Shown in pieces: positions 39,305-51,399 of a DNA stretch of 64,000 nucleotides. The stretch lies in contig CDLV01000014.1 in the NCBI GenBank assembly GCA_001244265.2, positions 1,116,001 through 1,180,000 of the forward strand, read 5' to 3'. Under the pieces are notes generated by a model. That model was not told the origin of the DNA, ran no database searches, and saw only the letters and a list, made by a program, of their open reading frames with translations. Each line of letters starts with the position of its first letter. Within the stretch, counting starts at the first letter, position 1. Made by a program: the position numbers and the translations under genes. This DNA comes from Microbotryum violaceum. Lineage: Eukaryota.

Positions 39305-39838
39305 AGCTCAACTTCCGACTTGTCTAACCTGCCCGTCATTTACCTGCCTTTGCCTGACAACCATTGTACATCCCTTCGTCAAACTTTTCTATCTATCTCT
39401 TTCTTGGTTTCTTACAAAGAACCACATTGTCTTCATTTCCTTCTTTATCATCTCCAGATCTCCTTAAATAGCAATCCGCAGCTTTTCTCTCTTTTCCTCT
39501 GATCTCATCCTTCCCTGGACCCTCACTCTGTACTCTTGACAATTGACTGGTATTCGGGCTGCCAAAAACATGGGTATAAGGAGGCCAAATTACTCAGCAT
39601 TAGGCGTAAGTGATGCTCGAAGTTGCTTGACAAACAGACGGTCCAAGGAAGGATGAGACAAGAGGAAAGAGAAGAGAGGTACGGATTGCTATTTGAGGAG
39701 ATCTAGAGGTGATGGCACCGTGGTTCTTTGTGAGAAACTAGGGATATATAGACAAGTAGTGACGTTTGACGAAGTGATGTACCATGGTCGTCAGGCAAAG
39801 GAAAGGCGGGTAAGGCAAGGCGGTGCGAAGTTGCGCTC
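39305..39838. mobile_element. Old fold-back/MITE-like element with ~200-bp diverged inverted arms
   Basis: 39305-39521 is an imperfect reverse complement of 39640-39838, e.g. CCTTTGCCTGACAACCATTGTACATCCCTTCGTCAAAC versus GTTTGACGAAGTGATGTACCATGGTCGTCAGGCAAAGG. Confidence 0.8.
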
Positions 39839-40342
39839 GGACCTAGAGGATGGTTGCCGAACCTTACATGCCTCACAGCCCGTTTTGACCCGCCGCCTCG
39901 CCTCCTTCGCTCCGCGCACGACTGGGGAACACTTTTGCCCACCTTAGTGCATTTTCGGCCCGCGACGGCCGCGAGCTTGGGCGCGCCCCGCGCTTCGATC
40001 TCCGGTCTTGGTGTTAGTGCGGTCGTGGGGGGCCTTGCGAACGACCGCGCCGGGGTTCACGCGTTCACGTCTGAGTGAGGCAGTCGGCAGCGAGGTAAGG
40101 CTCTCTTCTCTGAGCCTCCCAGGTCTTTCGACGCGGCGGCTCTACCCAAGTTTGGGTTGAAGACTTTGATTTTTTTTCGTCATCGACTTTTCGGGGGGAC
40201 GGGGAGGTTGGGGAAACTGCCCCTGAAACCCTGCCGAAGGCTGGAAAAAGGTCCGAGCGCGCCACTCGGCTATCCCTGGGCTCTCTTCCCTTGGTAAGTG
40301 ATGTAATGGCCAGAATTACACTGGGCCCGTCATTTTATCAAA

Positions 40343-42709
40343 TTACGACCCCTGTACCCAAATCTCCGCCACCACATCCCATTCCCCAACAACTTTAGCC
40401 CTCCTCTCTCGTCCAGCCACCACCGAACTCGCGCTGCCGACCCCCTCCTCATTCTCAAGCAACAGAGCCCTTACCCCTCCAACCCTGAGTAGACCACCTT
40501 GACTCATCGCAATGAATTTGAACTTGGTTCGAAGGACCTCACTGCTCACGACTGGTCCTGGCTTAGTGCTTTGACTCGGGTTCGAGCAGATTAGCGTCAC
40601 CTCGGGCAAGACGATCAAGGACGATCCGAGCAGTTGCACGTTTGGCGAAGGCCGGTAAGGGCCTTGTACGGGTCCTAAAGGAACGGGCCGAGGGAGGACG
40701 ATCCCTTCGAAGGCGACCTGAGCGCGAGTGGGCGCTGTAGTCGTTTCAAGTTCGCCTTGGAGGTTCTCAACCGGTGTCCGATTTGGTAAAGGGGTCGTCG
40801 TGACCGGTCCGGAACCAGAAGGCATAGAGCCAGGAATCGAGAACAACGCGTTCACTGGTGGCATAATTGATTGAAGTGGAGGTGAAGGAGGGACGAAAGG
40901 ATGGCGAACGTGTTGGAATGCGAGTTTCAACCGCCGTCGTTTCGGCGGCGCACTCGTTTCACCAGCGTCGGCTGGCAGAGGGGCCGGAGGATTGAACTTC
41001 ACCGTGAGCTCCATTTCGACGTCGAAAGGCGTTTGCAATGGGACCGATCGAAGAGCCGGAACAACCTTGGTCGTTAACTCAAAGGTGAGCGCAGTCGAGT
41101 CGGGCACGAGACGTGCCAACGGTGGTGGAGGCGGGGGTGGCACATCCTGCATGCCCTGAGGGATGGGGTAGTCAATTGATGTTCGCGCAGGTTTGGGTGA
41201 GAGCCTCGGCGATCGAAGATATGGGGTCGGACCCTCGAATTGCTTGACGGGATTGCTTGCACCTGGCTCGTAATTTGTCAAAGGTAATGGCGGTGCACGT
41301 AATGGTGGCGGTGGTGCAAGCGCCAGTGCGAGCGCTCTGTTCGCCGGTATCGGGTTTGCCGGCGGCGGTGCTAGTTGTGGTACCCTCCTGCCCAGGATCG
41401 ACGTCTGCAACCTCCCCAGCTCCCCATTCGGTGTTCTCCACACAATATCCAACCGGCCAAGTCCCTGACTTCCTCCCGGTTCGACGCGCTCGACCTTCTC
41501 CCCCATCTCCAGCAGGTACAAATACTGCCTCACCGCTCCGGGCCCCAACAACGTCTCGGACCCAGCGAAGACACCCTGATTCGGATCCTGAACGGTCCAC
41601 CCGGGCAAGGCGTCGAAACGCATTCGTTCGAACGAGATGACATGTTCTCCTTGGTTCTGTACCTGCACTTCGAGGAAGAGTTTGTCGCGTTCAGTTCGGG
41701 ACAGGGCAGAGGACGCGGTGTAGGGTGACGGCGAGTGGGCTTTGGTCCGAACGGAGAGTGGGTTTGAAACCTGTCGCAAGGGAAACCCCCATGATCGACA
41801 ATTGTCAATACCACAATAGACTCCGGGCTTGGCCCGTCCGGTGCTTACCTGGAACTTGTAAACCTGAATTTGTATCAAGAAAGTCATTGAGTCAGCTCAA
41901 AATTCTTCACGCCTCTAAGACCCCACTTTTCCCTCGTTCCCTCGATAAGACTCGAACCACTCACCTTCCTAAAACTCCTCGATCTGACCTCCTCCACTCC
42001 CGCCTCATTCGTCCCCCTTACGCCATAGGAGATGGTACACACCAGTGAATGCGGGACCAATTCCTTGATCTCGTGCGAGACGATCGCTTCCATGCTCTTG
42101 CCCGGGACGAGGCCGACATTCGCTGCTGGAGGGACCGAGGTTGAGGTCGTCGGGTCGGAGGAAGGTAGTGTGAAGGTCTTGAGTAGGTGCTTGGAACCTG
42201 GTGGTGCGTTGAGTGGTGGGTTCGTGTGTATCTCCACCTTGAGTATGGGGGAGATGGCGACTAATGAGGTGGGGTTCGAGGCCTGTGCGACCTCGTTTGA
42301 GAGCGATAGCAACGCCGAGAACGTTTCACTGTTTGTGCAACGATCACGTCAGCCAAAAAGTTCGCCGTCAAACCTCAACGACCCAATGCAAAAGAACTGA
42401 CCCCAGATATATCGTCCCAAACGTACTCGGCAGCATCAGCGCCCCCGTATGTGCCCCCGCCACACTCTCCAAATCTTCCCTCGGCACACTCCCCTCGACA
42501 TTCAACTCTTGGATATACTCCCCAGCGAACGTGTCCTTCTCGTAATAGAGATGAGGCATCGTAGGGACCAACGAAGGACGAGCGGTGCGCAGGACTTTGA
42601 GCGACAAGAGGTGCGCCTCACGTGGGGCCGAGGAGTGCGGACCTGCAGGCGGGTGCGGAGCTTGGGAAACGGCCCCAGGGGCGTAGGGTTCACTTGCTGC
42701 AGTGGCCAT
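40343..42709 (-). CDS. TRAPPC13: TRAPP complex subunit 13 (DUF974) with a Pro-rich C-terminal extension, multi-exon
   Basis: HLLSLKVLRTARPSL, LPSTFGTIYLGETF, HEIKEL..HSLVCTISY, SFRK-VYKFQ-VSNPLSVRTK, FLEVQVQN, LGRLDIVWRTPNGELGRLQTS. Confidence 0.9.
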
Positions 42710-42829
42710 CTTCTATGTTGGTGTGCCGCGCACGGTTTCCTAAATCCGCAGCGGAAGAAGGGGAAACGGCCGGAGCAACACGTCACCGCGGCAAGAAGCC
42801 AAAGCCGAGTCAAGGCACGGGCCACCTGG

Positions 42830-45800
42830 CCACCTCCAGTCCAGCGAAAGCTCCTTGCGGTGCCCGCAATGTCTTCGAAGCGAGATGGTCCCATGGACTG
42901 CACCAATCCTTTCAAGACGCGTGAATGTACTGCACTGCGTCCTTGCTCTGTATTGCTAATCTCAAAGCCTGCCTCTCCGCGACTTGTGTCGCTCAATTCC
43001 ATTGGCCTCCCTTTGAGTAGAACAGCTCTGAGGTGGCTACACTCATGAGCAGCTCGATGGGCAATCAAGCTGGCCCAGTTCAGCGAGAAACTGGTATCGC
43101 GAGCATCAACAAGAGGCGGAAGTTTCAAGTGTGTAGGCTGTATAGTACCGAAGATGCATGAGTTCAGATCGAAATTACGCTAGTTAAGCTTGGTAGACGC
43201 ACGATTGGACGTAATGAGCTGTTTGCCTTCTCAATGGTCTCGAGTACGTAGCGTTCCTCAGCTTGTCTGTCAGCTTCGTCGTAAGCGATTTGCACGTCGA
43301 GTCTGGCCAATGAGAAAGGAGAACCATATGAGGTCCGGATTAAAAGGTAGAAGAACGCTTCAGCGCACGTGGCACAGAAAAGTGTCCACTCACAAGGCTG
43401 CCTCAACGTCAAAGTCCAGAGCTGCAAGCGATCGAATTGCACGGTCGACAGCTTCCCGCTCGTTTGGGTCCAGTTTCACAACACCTTCGCACGTGCTACG
43501 CCGCATGCCATCAAGAGCAGAATCCAGCAATTCGGTGCGGAGCAGACCTTGATCTTCCTTGGTAGGATGATGGTCTTCAAGATCTACTTCAAGTGCGCAT
43601 GGTATCCCGTGTCAGATACGCATCACTTGTAGACCAAGTCGTTCGGAACTACCTTGAACTGTTGTGCCATGGGCGAGTACGTCCTCGACGAGTATGTCAG
43701 GTTGCGGACCTTGGTTGCGTCTGTTGGACGCGATGCGTTGCACAGGCTCCCACATGCGTAAACCTGAAAGCAGTTCACGCGCAGTATTTGCCGCTGCAAA
43801 ACTGGTGAGAGAGATGTCGCCATCACTGGGGTACGTTCGCATCGCAACAAGGTCAAGATCGTTGAGGTCGTTGTAGGTATGATGGTAGCCTTGACGTGAT
43901 CCGCCGCCTCGGTCTTAAACTTCCTCATGAGCTCCAAGAGTGCAGTGACTTTGCCAGTTGCCTGTCGGATTCTAGCCGGGTTAACTACTGTATAGATTAG
44001 ATTGATTTATGAAGAACGCACCTGCAAGAACTCTAGAGCATCGAACTTCTTTACAATCTGGCATATACCCCCGAAGAAGTGCTCCACCATTTCTCTGCCA
44101 TGCCGCCAGGGAATGAACGATTCCTTTGGCCAAAAATCTCGGTAGTTGCGGACGAGAGCAATCGTTGAGTCAACCATCTTCCTGACCCCATCAAGCGTTT
44201 CTTTGGCGAGGAACGAGTGAGAGCTAGATCCGGGGCGACTTCGGACAAAGTCATACCACGCCTCGAACGTATACCTGACAACGAGCAACATCCTGATACG
44301 TTCAAGGGCTGAAGCGACCGGTTCTGGATGGCATCGTGTAACTCGCCACATAAGAAGAGATACACGACCGCATCGGGGTCGAGTTTTTTGTCTTCAGCGA
44401 GTTCGGTTACGAGTTCGAGCGTCGCCTTGGAGAATGCCCGATGTGTTGCATTGTCGTCTTGACGATCACGCCCGACCACATCATGACGAGACAGAGTACG
44501 ACGCGACTCCAGTCCGCCCAGGATGGTAAGCATATCCTGGTAGGCAATGCATCCGAGACCACCGAACAGCAATCTTGCTCCAGAGTCGATAGCGTTCCTC
44601 AGACATTTGGCCAGGTGTTTTTCGTCCCGACAGAAGACTATCGGCGTTCCCGCGACGTTGACGGTCGATATAGTGATCCAGGAAACACTCCGTCCGGATC
44701 TGGGGAGGGGAGGGTGTATGATGACGCGTTCCTTGATCCGGTTTGAGCAACAGCGCCACCCTGATCGCGCAGAAGGACGGCAACATTACGTTGCAGCACA
44801 CCCTCGCTTGCCGCACCATCTGCGGAGATGGATACCAGAAGGTGTGAGACGCAACGTTTTATTAATCCTTGTATCACTGAATGTAACTGTTCGGTCGCGT
44901 CCTCCGCGTTCGTAGTTTCGCCGATCACAAAAGCGGCAAACACCTGTGCTGGGGAGCCAACATCGTTCGGTGCTATCATGTAAGCTCGGATCTGAATGAA
45001 GAGGCGACACATGTTAAAGCCTCATGGAAATGAAGTACAAACTTAAAAGAATCATTGCCACTCACTTTGGTTCCAGCAACCGGGGGTCAGGTCCGCTGAA
45101 CATATCAGGGAGTTCACCCGGAGTTTCGTAGATGCGTGGCGGACCAATTGATCCGATGAGCTCGTGGCGGAATATGCCCTTTGTACGTAGTTCGCGCTCT
45201 AAACTGAGGTCTTCTGAGTAGTATGGAGTGGTTCGCATCCTGGATCGACACTTCGTGTCGTCTACGTGCAAATTGAACGTTAGGCCGTCTGCTTTGAGTT
45301 TCGCGCAAACACGATCCATGTTGGACTTGTCGAGGCCGAGGCGCATCCTGCCTGATGTCGCTCGGTCCATTCTGCAAGCACCTCGATCATTCAGTATGAG
45401 GTTGAATTGAAGGAACGAAAGAATGACCGTACTCACTGCAGTTTTCGGCTTGTGGATGCGCCGATTGTAGCCTGCAGCACTCTCAGAGCCATCGGGGACG
45501 CCAGCGCCATGGCTTGCTCGAAGTCACGCAGCGCTTCGGACCGCACAAAGCCTCGCATTGATTTGCCCTTGACCATCCAATCGTGCTTGACCGTAGCCGC
45601 TTTCACCAATCCCTCCAAGATGTTCGCTCCGTCAAATTCTCCTGAGGCCACACCTTGCGCGAATCGTAGATACACGGTCCCTTGACCGTTGTCATCCAGG
45701 ATCTCTTCTAGTCCATGATGTCGCCGGTAGATGGCCGAGAGAAGTGTATCGCCCGCGACATATTTCTTGTTGGTGTATTTGCGAGTTGCGCCAGCAGCAT

Positions 45801-47856
45801 ATTGACGTCGAAGAGCTGCTCGACAGGATGAATCCTTAGGAAGCCTCGCGCATTCTTCACACGGTAAGCTTGGTCCGTCCTTGTTGATCGAATCTCGAGC
45901 GCTATACTTGCGACAATTCACACTGATGATGCGCGGTGCTCGATGATCGTTGCGCCACTTCCATTCATTCGCTTCCAATTTGTCCACCTCCTTCCTCTCG
46001 AGCTCCGTCATTGGTCGTTTACCAATTTTGGGATAGAGGCGCAAACAAAGCGTCCGTCGAGGAGGGGCCCCGCCACCCTGCGCCGCAGTCGGTGAAAGAT
46101 AATGCATCGCCGTTTCAGACGTAAGGCCGGGGCACGGTCCTAGCGAGGGGCTGGTAGCAGTTGAGCCAGAGGCGATAGGTCTGAAGAAATTGCTGATGGG
46201 TTGGAGGTTGACACACTTCTTATTGCCGAGATGTAATTGAAATCGTGCCTTGCACAGCAAGGCCGCCATTGGAACCAAGACATAACAACGTCCACACCGC
46301 ACGTACTTTGGATTGTTGAGGTCGACATTCGATCCCGGGCAAAGATCTTCGACTTTTTCAGCAAACCTCCTGAAAAGAGGCGGATGGTCGCGAGCCCACG
46401 TCGTATGCTCCTCGGGGTGAGCTCTCGAGCTTTCGTCGGCTTCGATACCTTGGTGAAGGTCGTTTGAAGTCAAGAAGTTGGCGGGTTTTTTGAGGATGAT
46501 GCGACTCGTTGATTTGTTGGCTTGATTGTCGCTGCCTTGCCGGACTCTGCCGACGTGCTCTTGCTGCTCAGTGTTCCGGCAGCGGATCCCCTCCCAGACT
46601 TTGCCTTTGATTTTGCGCCCGTGGCAACGATGGATTCGATCTCTTTGGGATCCTCGACAGCACCAACCAGAGAGGATAAACGACAGAATTGACGGAGCCG
46701 TGACATGTGAGCACGCGCTGCGTTGAATAACCCAATCCCGAGCACCTCCGTCTCCACTGCATTGATCGTAGCCGGCCCGCACGAGTAGCTGTCTTCCTGT
46801 TGTTCCGCCTTAGGAGTATGAGGGAACTCGTTTTTGATGTCCAGCTTCAGAAATTTGAATAGCGTAAGGACGGCCGTCCGAGTAGCCGCGGTGATCGGAG
46901 TGGCGGAGAGTGAGTTGATCACAGACCATGTCCGCTTGTGCATGTTGATGCGGGCCAGGACCCAATGGCTGTCGGAGCAGAGGGGTAGAAACCAGATTGA
47001 CTTTGAAGTCGGCGTGTTGCGCATGCAATCGCCTAGCTCGATGAGATTCCGATACTGGTTTGGCGGGCCGAAAAAGCAGGCTTTGAAGATCGAATGAGGA
47101 TCCAAGTCGGGAGGGCGAGCCATTACCAAGGAGATGACGGTGGAGGGTATAAGTCCACACGATGTTTCGAAATCGGGATTCTGCACTCGTCCAGCTCGAA
47201 GGACGCTTTCAATTGACAGGTTCACCGCGGCTCACCGAGCCAATCATGACCTGGGTAGAGACGCGAATAAGCAAGTTGCCTCAGATACGAGATGAATACG
47301 AGTGGCCAGCTGAGGGATTGGTGTACTGACTTAAGAATCTCAGGAGATAAACCAAACTCGTTTCACTTGCAAGAAGAGGCAATGGTAGAAGCCCGTCTTG
47401 CTCTTGCCATTGCAATCCGTTCAGTATGCGACGTGCGACAGCGATACAGTTGCAGTCAATTTCGTTGATAACGATAATTTTGTCCATCCATCGTTGAGCT
47501 CGCAGCGCCCAGCTTTGAACGTCTTTTGCTCGGTCGTACTCTGACCATAGCCGATCGGCGCCGAGCGGCAAACACGTCGACCCAACGGCCAAAGATCGAT
47601 ATCCTTGCTTGCGTGCATTGATCAGAGCATCGGTAGCGAGAAACGCGTCTCTGGTCTGAAGAGTCGGGTAGGGTAAGTTTGAATACTGGGTGGGCTCGTC
47701 TTTGGACAACTCGATGTGAAGAGACGCGTCGGCGGGAGCGACATCGAAGGCGAGGAGCTCGGCAACCGTTATGTTGGTGAGCGGCGATAATCGATCAAAG
47801 TCATCGTCGTGCAAATAGTAGTCCTGATCTTCGTCAAGAAACAAGCATGGAATCAT
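42830..47856 (-). mobile_element. Decayed intron-containing DNA transposon gene: N-terminal Ulp1 (C48) protease, zinc finger, and P-element/THAP9-like transposase
   Basis: Ulp1: FLPLCSDSHWVL..VINSL..QQEDSYSCG. Zinc finger: CGRC..FQLH..C. Transposase: LHVDDTK, SISADGA, DEKHLAKCLRN, DRQDDNA, EMVEHFFGGICQ. Termini were not found. Confidence 0.7.
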
Positions 47857-49843
47857 TTCGTCGTGCTATGCTCCAGTGTCAGAACGAAGTGAAGCGGAAC
47901 AGAACCTCAGGGGCCCCGTCATTTTTATCTTACTCGATAGGGGTATCTAATCCCTAACATTCTCTAACAGCCACTGAACTAAAGTGATTAGCGAAAATGG
48001 CTAGTGACTTGTTCAAGCGCGAGCATCGCGAAGCGCGTTTCGAAGCGAAGGCAAACGGGCCCAAAGCGATGCCGTAGGCTGCTCAGGGTAGGCCAAAATT
48101 GGGCCGACTCACGGGAAAATGTCAAAATCTGGGCATGCGCCTCGGGGCGAAACGTGTGTTTCGTCCCAAAATGTCAATTTTTTGCGATGCGCCCCGACGA
48201 TTTTCAGGATTTTGGGTCCTCAAAATGTCAAAAAAAAAAAATGCGCTTCCGGCTGGGCTTTCGGGGTCCTTGGGTGCCTTTCCCTTCAAGCTGTGGGTCG
48301 CCCGCACCCCGGCGCATCCCTTCTTGCGCTCCGCTCCAACCTCAACAAATCGAGTCGGCCCACTCTACGACCGTAACCTGCTGACGATCGGCCCGAGACG
48401 TCCGTTTCCCACGATTTACGACAGTCCATATTGCTCGCAATCACTGCACCTGCGCGACTGCAGCACCCAACCTTCTTACCCCCCCCCCCCCCCCCCCCCC
48501 GACCGACCTCATCATCATGGTTCTGTAAGCTGCCAGTTTCCACTCTTCCAGGCTTGCTGCGAGGCTGTGTCGGCCTCATGGCTCATGCCTCCCGCCAGCT
48601 GCATCCTAGTCTCCATCGCTCTCAATTCAGAGTCCTCGGCTGAAGAAGTCAAGTCCAGATTGGTCAGTCGAAGCCGAGCTGAGCCTCGGGCCGAGGTGGT
48701 GCCGAGGCCCCAGCAGGCCTCGTGGCCATCCCTCTCATCGGGCCGGACAAGTGTATAAACCTCCCCTCCCGCGTCATGTCACAGGTCGAGTTCGCGCAAT
48801 CTTATCGGAGCGACCAGGGCACTCTGGACTGTCAGTTGTATACGCTCTAGCGACTGTAGGGATCCACAGAGTCGATCGGGGCTAACGATCGAACAAAAAA
48901 CCGTGCCTTCGCTGACGCTCACTGCAGGGCACGTGATGCAAAACCCCAAGGTGCGACCCAGGCGTCCGAGACGGTGACGTGAGTCGGAGCTCATGCTCGA
49001 AGATCTATGTACAGGACAAGACCAAGTTCGCCATTGTAGAGCGATATACGGATGGCAAGGGTGAGCAGCTGTGCTTTGTAGATCTGACGAATATCGTCAC
49101 CCGCGGCCCCCCGAGTAGGAAAGCTGGCTGAGCCGCCGCTTCCCACTGTCATGGTCGCAGCCATCAAAACCCACACAGGTAGTTGTCCAACCGACGTTCG
49201 GCTTGCGTGTTGAGATCCACTCCACTGATGGGTACCACCAATCATTTACATCGTCGCTGCGCACAGCCAATCCTCTCTATCCAAAATTCGGCAAGTGGAT
49301 CGCGCCTCTGGTAGCGTCACCACCTGTCATCACAGTCTACACTGAACTTGGAAGCGCCAAGCTCTAAAGGTCTGAGGTGCACGCCGCCGGTTTCAATCGT
49401 CGTGTTTAGGATTCGATATATTATGTACTGTTTTTCTTTGTGCGCATGCTTGCTTTGGCTGCGTACGACAGCTAGTAGTTGGTGCCTGGCTGTGCGGATG
49501 GGAGGTCCCCAAGGGGGGCGCCCTCGTGGCGAAGATCAGCTGAGACTTGAAGCCAGCGGTAGTTTGCAACATGACGAGTTGCAGACGAGTTGGTGACTAG
49601 TTATGACTCGAGTCCAGCTCTGAGATTGACCTTCTATCTTGTTTACGCTCCTTACTGTCTCAAACCTATGTTGCGATATGGGACTGCGAGCAAGGCCACG
49701 CTTAAGCCTAGTAACTAACTACGCCACCGCAAATAGTTAACTAACTATTCCAACTATTGAGCCATAGTTGATAGTTAGTTAGTTCCGGCTCAGAGGAGAC
49801 CATAGTTAAGATTGACTATGGGCCTTGGTAGAAGTGCTAACTA

Positions 49844-50160
49844 TTACCCTAACTAAAAAAAAAAGTGTCGATCCGCGACCTATGTACCTAAAATCGCTGT
49901 TTTTGACTGTATTGCGGCCCGGAGGGCCGCCTGTGGTGAACGTACCAGCATACTGTTGAGTCTGCCACACCTGCCTGTGGTATCAGTGTCCCGACCAGAA
50001 GTCATGTACAACCCTTTCTGCATTTTCTGGACCAAAAAACTCGAGCTACAGCCCGACTACAATTTTTGTCGAATTTTGGCGGGATGCGGAACTATTGAGC
50101 AGCTTGTGTATGATTTAATGCATAGCAAGCGCGTGGGTTTGCATGATAATTTGTCTACAG
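49844..50160 (+). mobile_element. Second, diverged copy of the Helitron 5' terminus seen at 6952-7261
   Basis: Shared blocks in the same order: TTACCCTAAC..AAAAAAAAGTGT, ATGTACCTAAAATCGCT, ACGTACCAGCATACTGTTG, CAGAAGTCATGTACAA, GCAAGCGCGTGG.TTTGCATGATA. Confidence 0.85.
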
Positions 50161-50355
50161 TTCTCAGGCGTGGTCTCGCTGACCGTAAAAGCCCCTCCTG
50201 GACCTCGGCGGTGAGGCGGCACGGCTTGCCGACGGGCCAATTTGGGAGCTGAGGCCTTCAGACGTTTTTGCTGCCAGAGGGTGCTTCATCAATTAATCAC
50301 ACAAATCACACAAAGAAAGGAGGTGTAATTGGCATTTTGGGAACTTCGCAATGTA

Positions 50356-50744
50356 CACATGCGTGCGCGAAACTCATGAATCCCATATGGAAAAACGCCG
50401 TATGTCTGCCAAGACCAAAGTTACCTTGCACCGTGAACGGCTCCCTTCTGATTTCAATCAGCATCGATTGAAATTGTTATTATTTTTGCCAGCCCCTTCA
50501 CAACTGGACTACACAGCCCAAAAAGCCAGCAATTTCAAGCGATGCGGAATCAGAAGGGAGCCATTTAAGGCGCAAGGGAACTTTGCATGTAGTTAGTTGT
50601 AAAGGGGCTGGCAAAAATAATAACGATTTTCATTGATGCTGATTGAAATCAGAAGGGAGCCGTTCACGGTGCAAGGTAACTTTGGTCTTGGCAGACATAT
50701 GGCGTTTTTCCATATGGGCTCCATGAGTTTCGCGCGCGCATGTG
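50356..50744. mobile_element. MITE of 389 bp with ~150-bp TIRs and a TA target-site duplication (Tc1/mariner-type)
   Basis: TA|CACATGCG...CGCATGTG|TA. Arms 50356-~50510 and ~50590-50744 are near-perfect reverse complements. Confidence 0.9.
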
Positions 50745-51312
50745 TAGTTCAGCTGAGAAGGTAAAAGTCAAAGACGTCATGGCAGTCATTCCCAGCGGAG
50801 GTGGAGATTTCGGACGACTTTGACGACACTGATTAGCACAACGATTGGCCTCAATGCATTCTCCCGCGCTTGACCAAGCAATAATTCGTCGAGGATCACA
50901 AATAAATAAAGTTAATAAAAGTACAAAAACAAAAATTTTAGGGGCCAATTTAACAGCCCCAAAATGTATAGAAAGCCAGCTTTGCCAGTTCATCCATTTT
51001 TTGCGATACATCAAATGTGGTACTGGCCACCCAACACCGATAGCTAAAAAGGTGGATATTTTTGGCTTTGGGACGGGGTCGGGACGGCCGTGGGATGGCC
51101 GAGGGATGATTGCCATCCTGGGATGACCGTGGACGATCACGGCCACCTCGGGCAGACATAAAAAATACGCCTCAACAGTCGCGCGCGCAGCGCCCCCTCA
51201 TGCGCCTTCCAAGTCATTGTCCCGGCGGGGTGCAGCCTTGCTACCCCAGGGCGCCGACTTGGCCCACTTGAGGTATGCCCACCTTGATGTCGAGCTACCG
51301 GGACGTTCACTC

Positions 51313-51399
51313 CCACTACAACTCGGTGGAAAACTTGGAAACCACTACAACTCGGTGGAAAACCTGGAAACCACTACAACTCGGTGGAAAACCTGGAAA
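51313..51399 (+). repeat. Three tandem copies of a 29-bp unit CCACTACAACTCGGTGGAAAACYTGGAAA
   Basis: Units start at 51313, 51342 and 51371 with no spacers. Confidence 0.92.

Noticed and set aside
40323-47929. GGGCCCGTCATTTTATC at ~40323 and a near copy at ~47911
   Set aside because: Short imperfect direct match with no flanking similarity; cannot be called a TE terminus.
51313-51399. 29-bp repeats of CRISPR-like length
   Set aside because: Head-to-tail with no spacers, no cas genes, and a eukaryotic context; a simple minisatellite.
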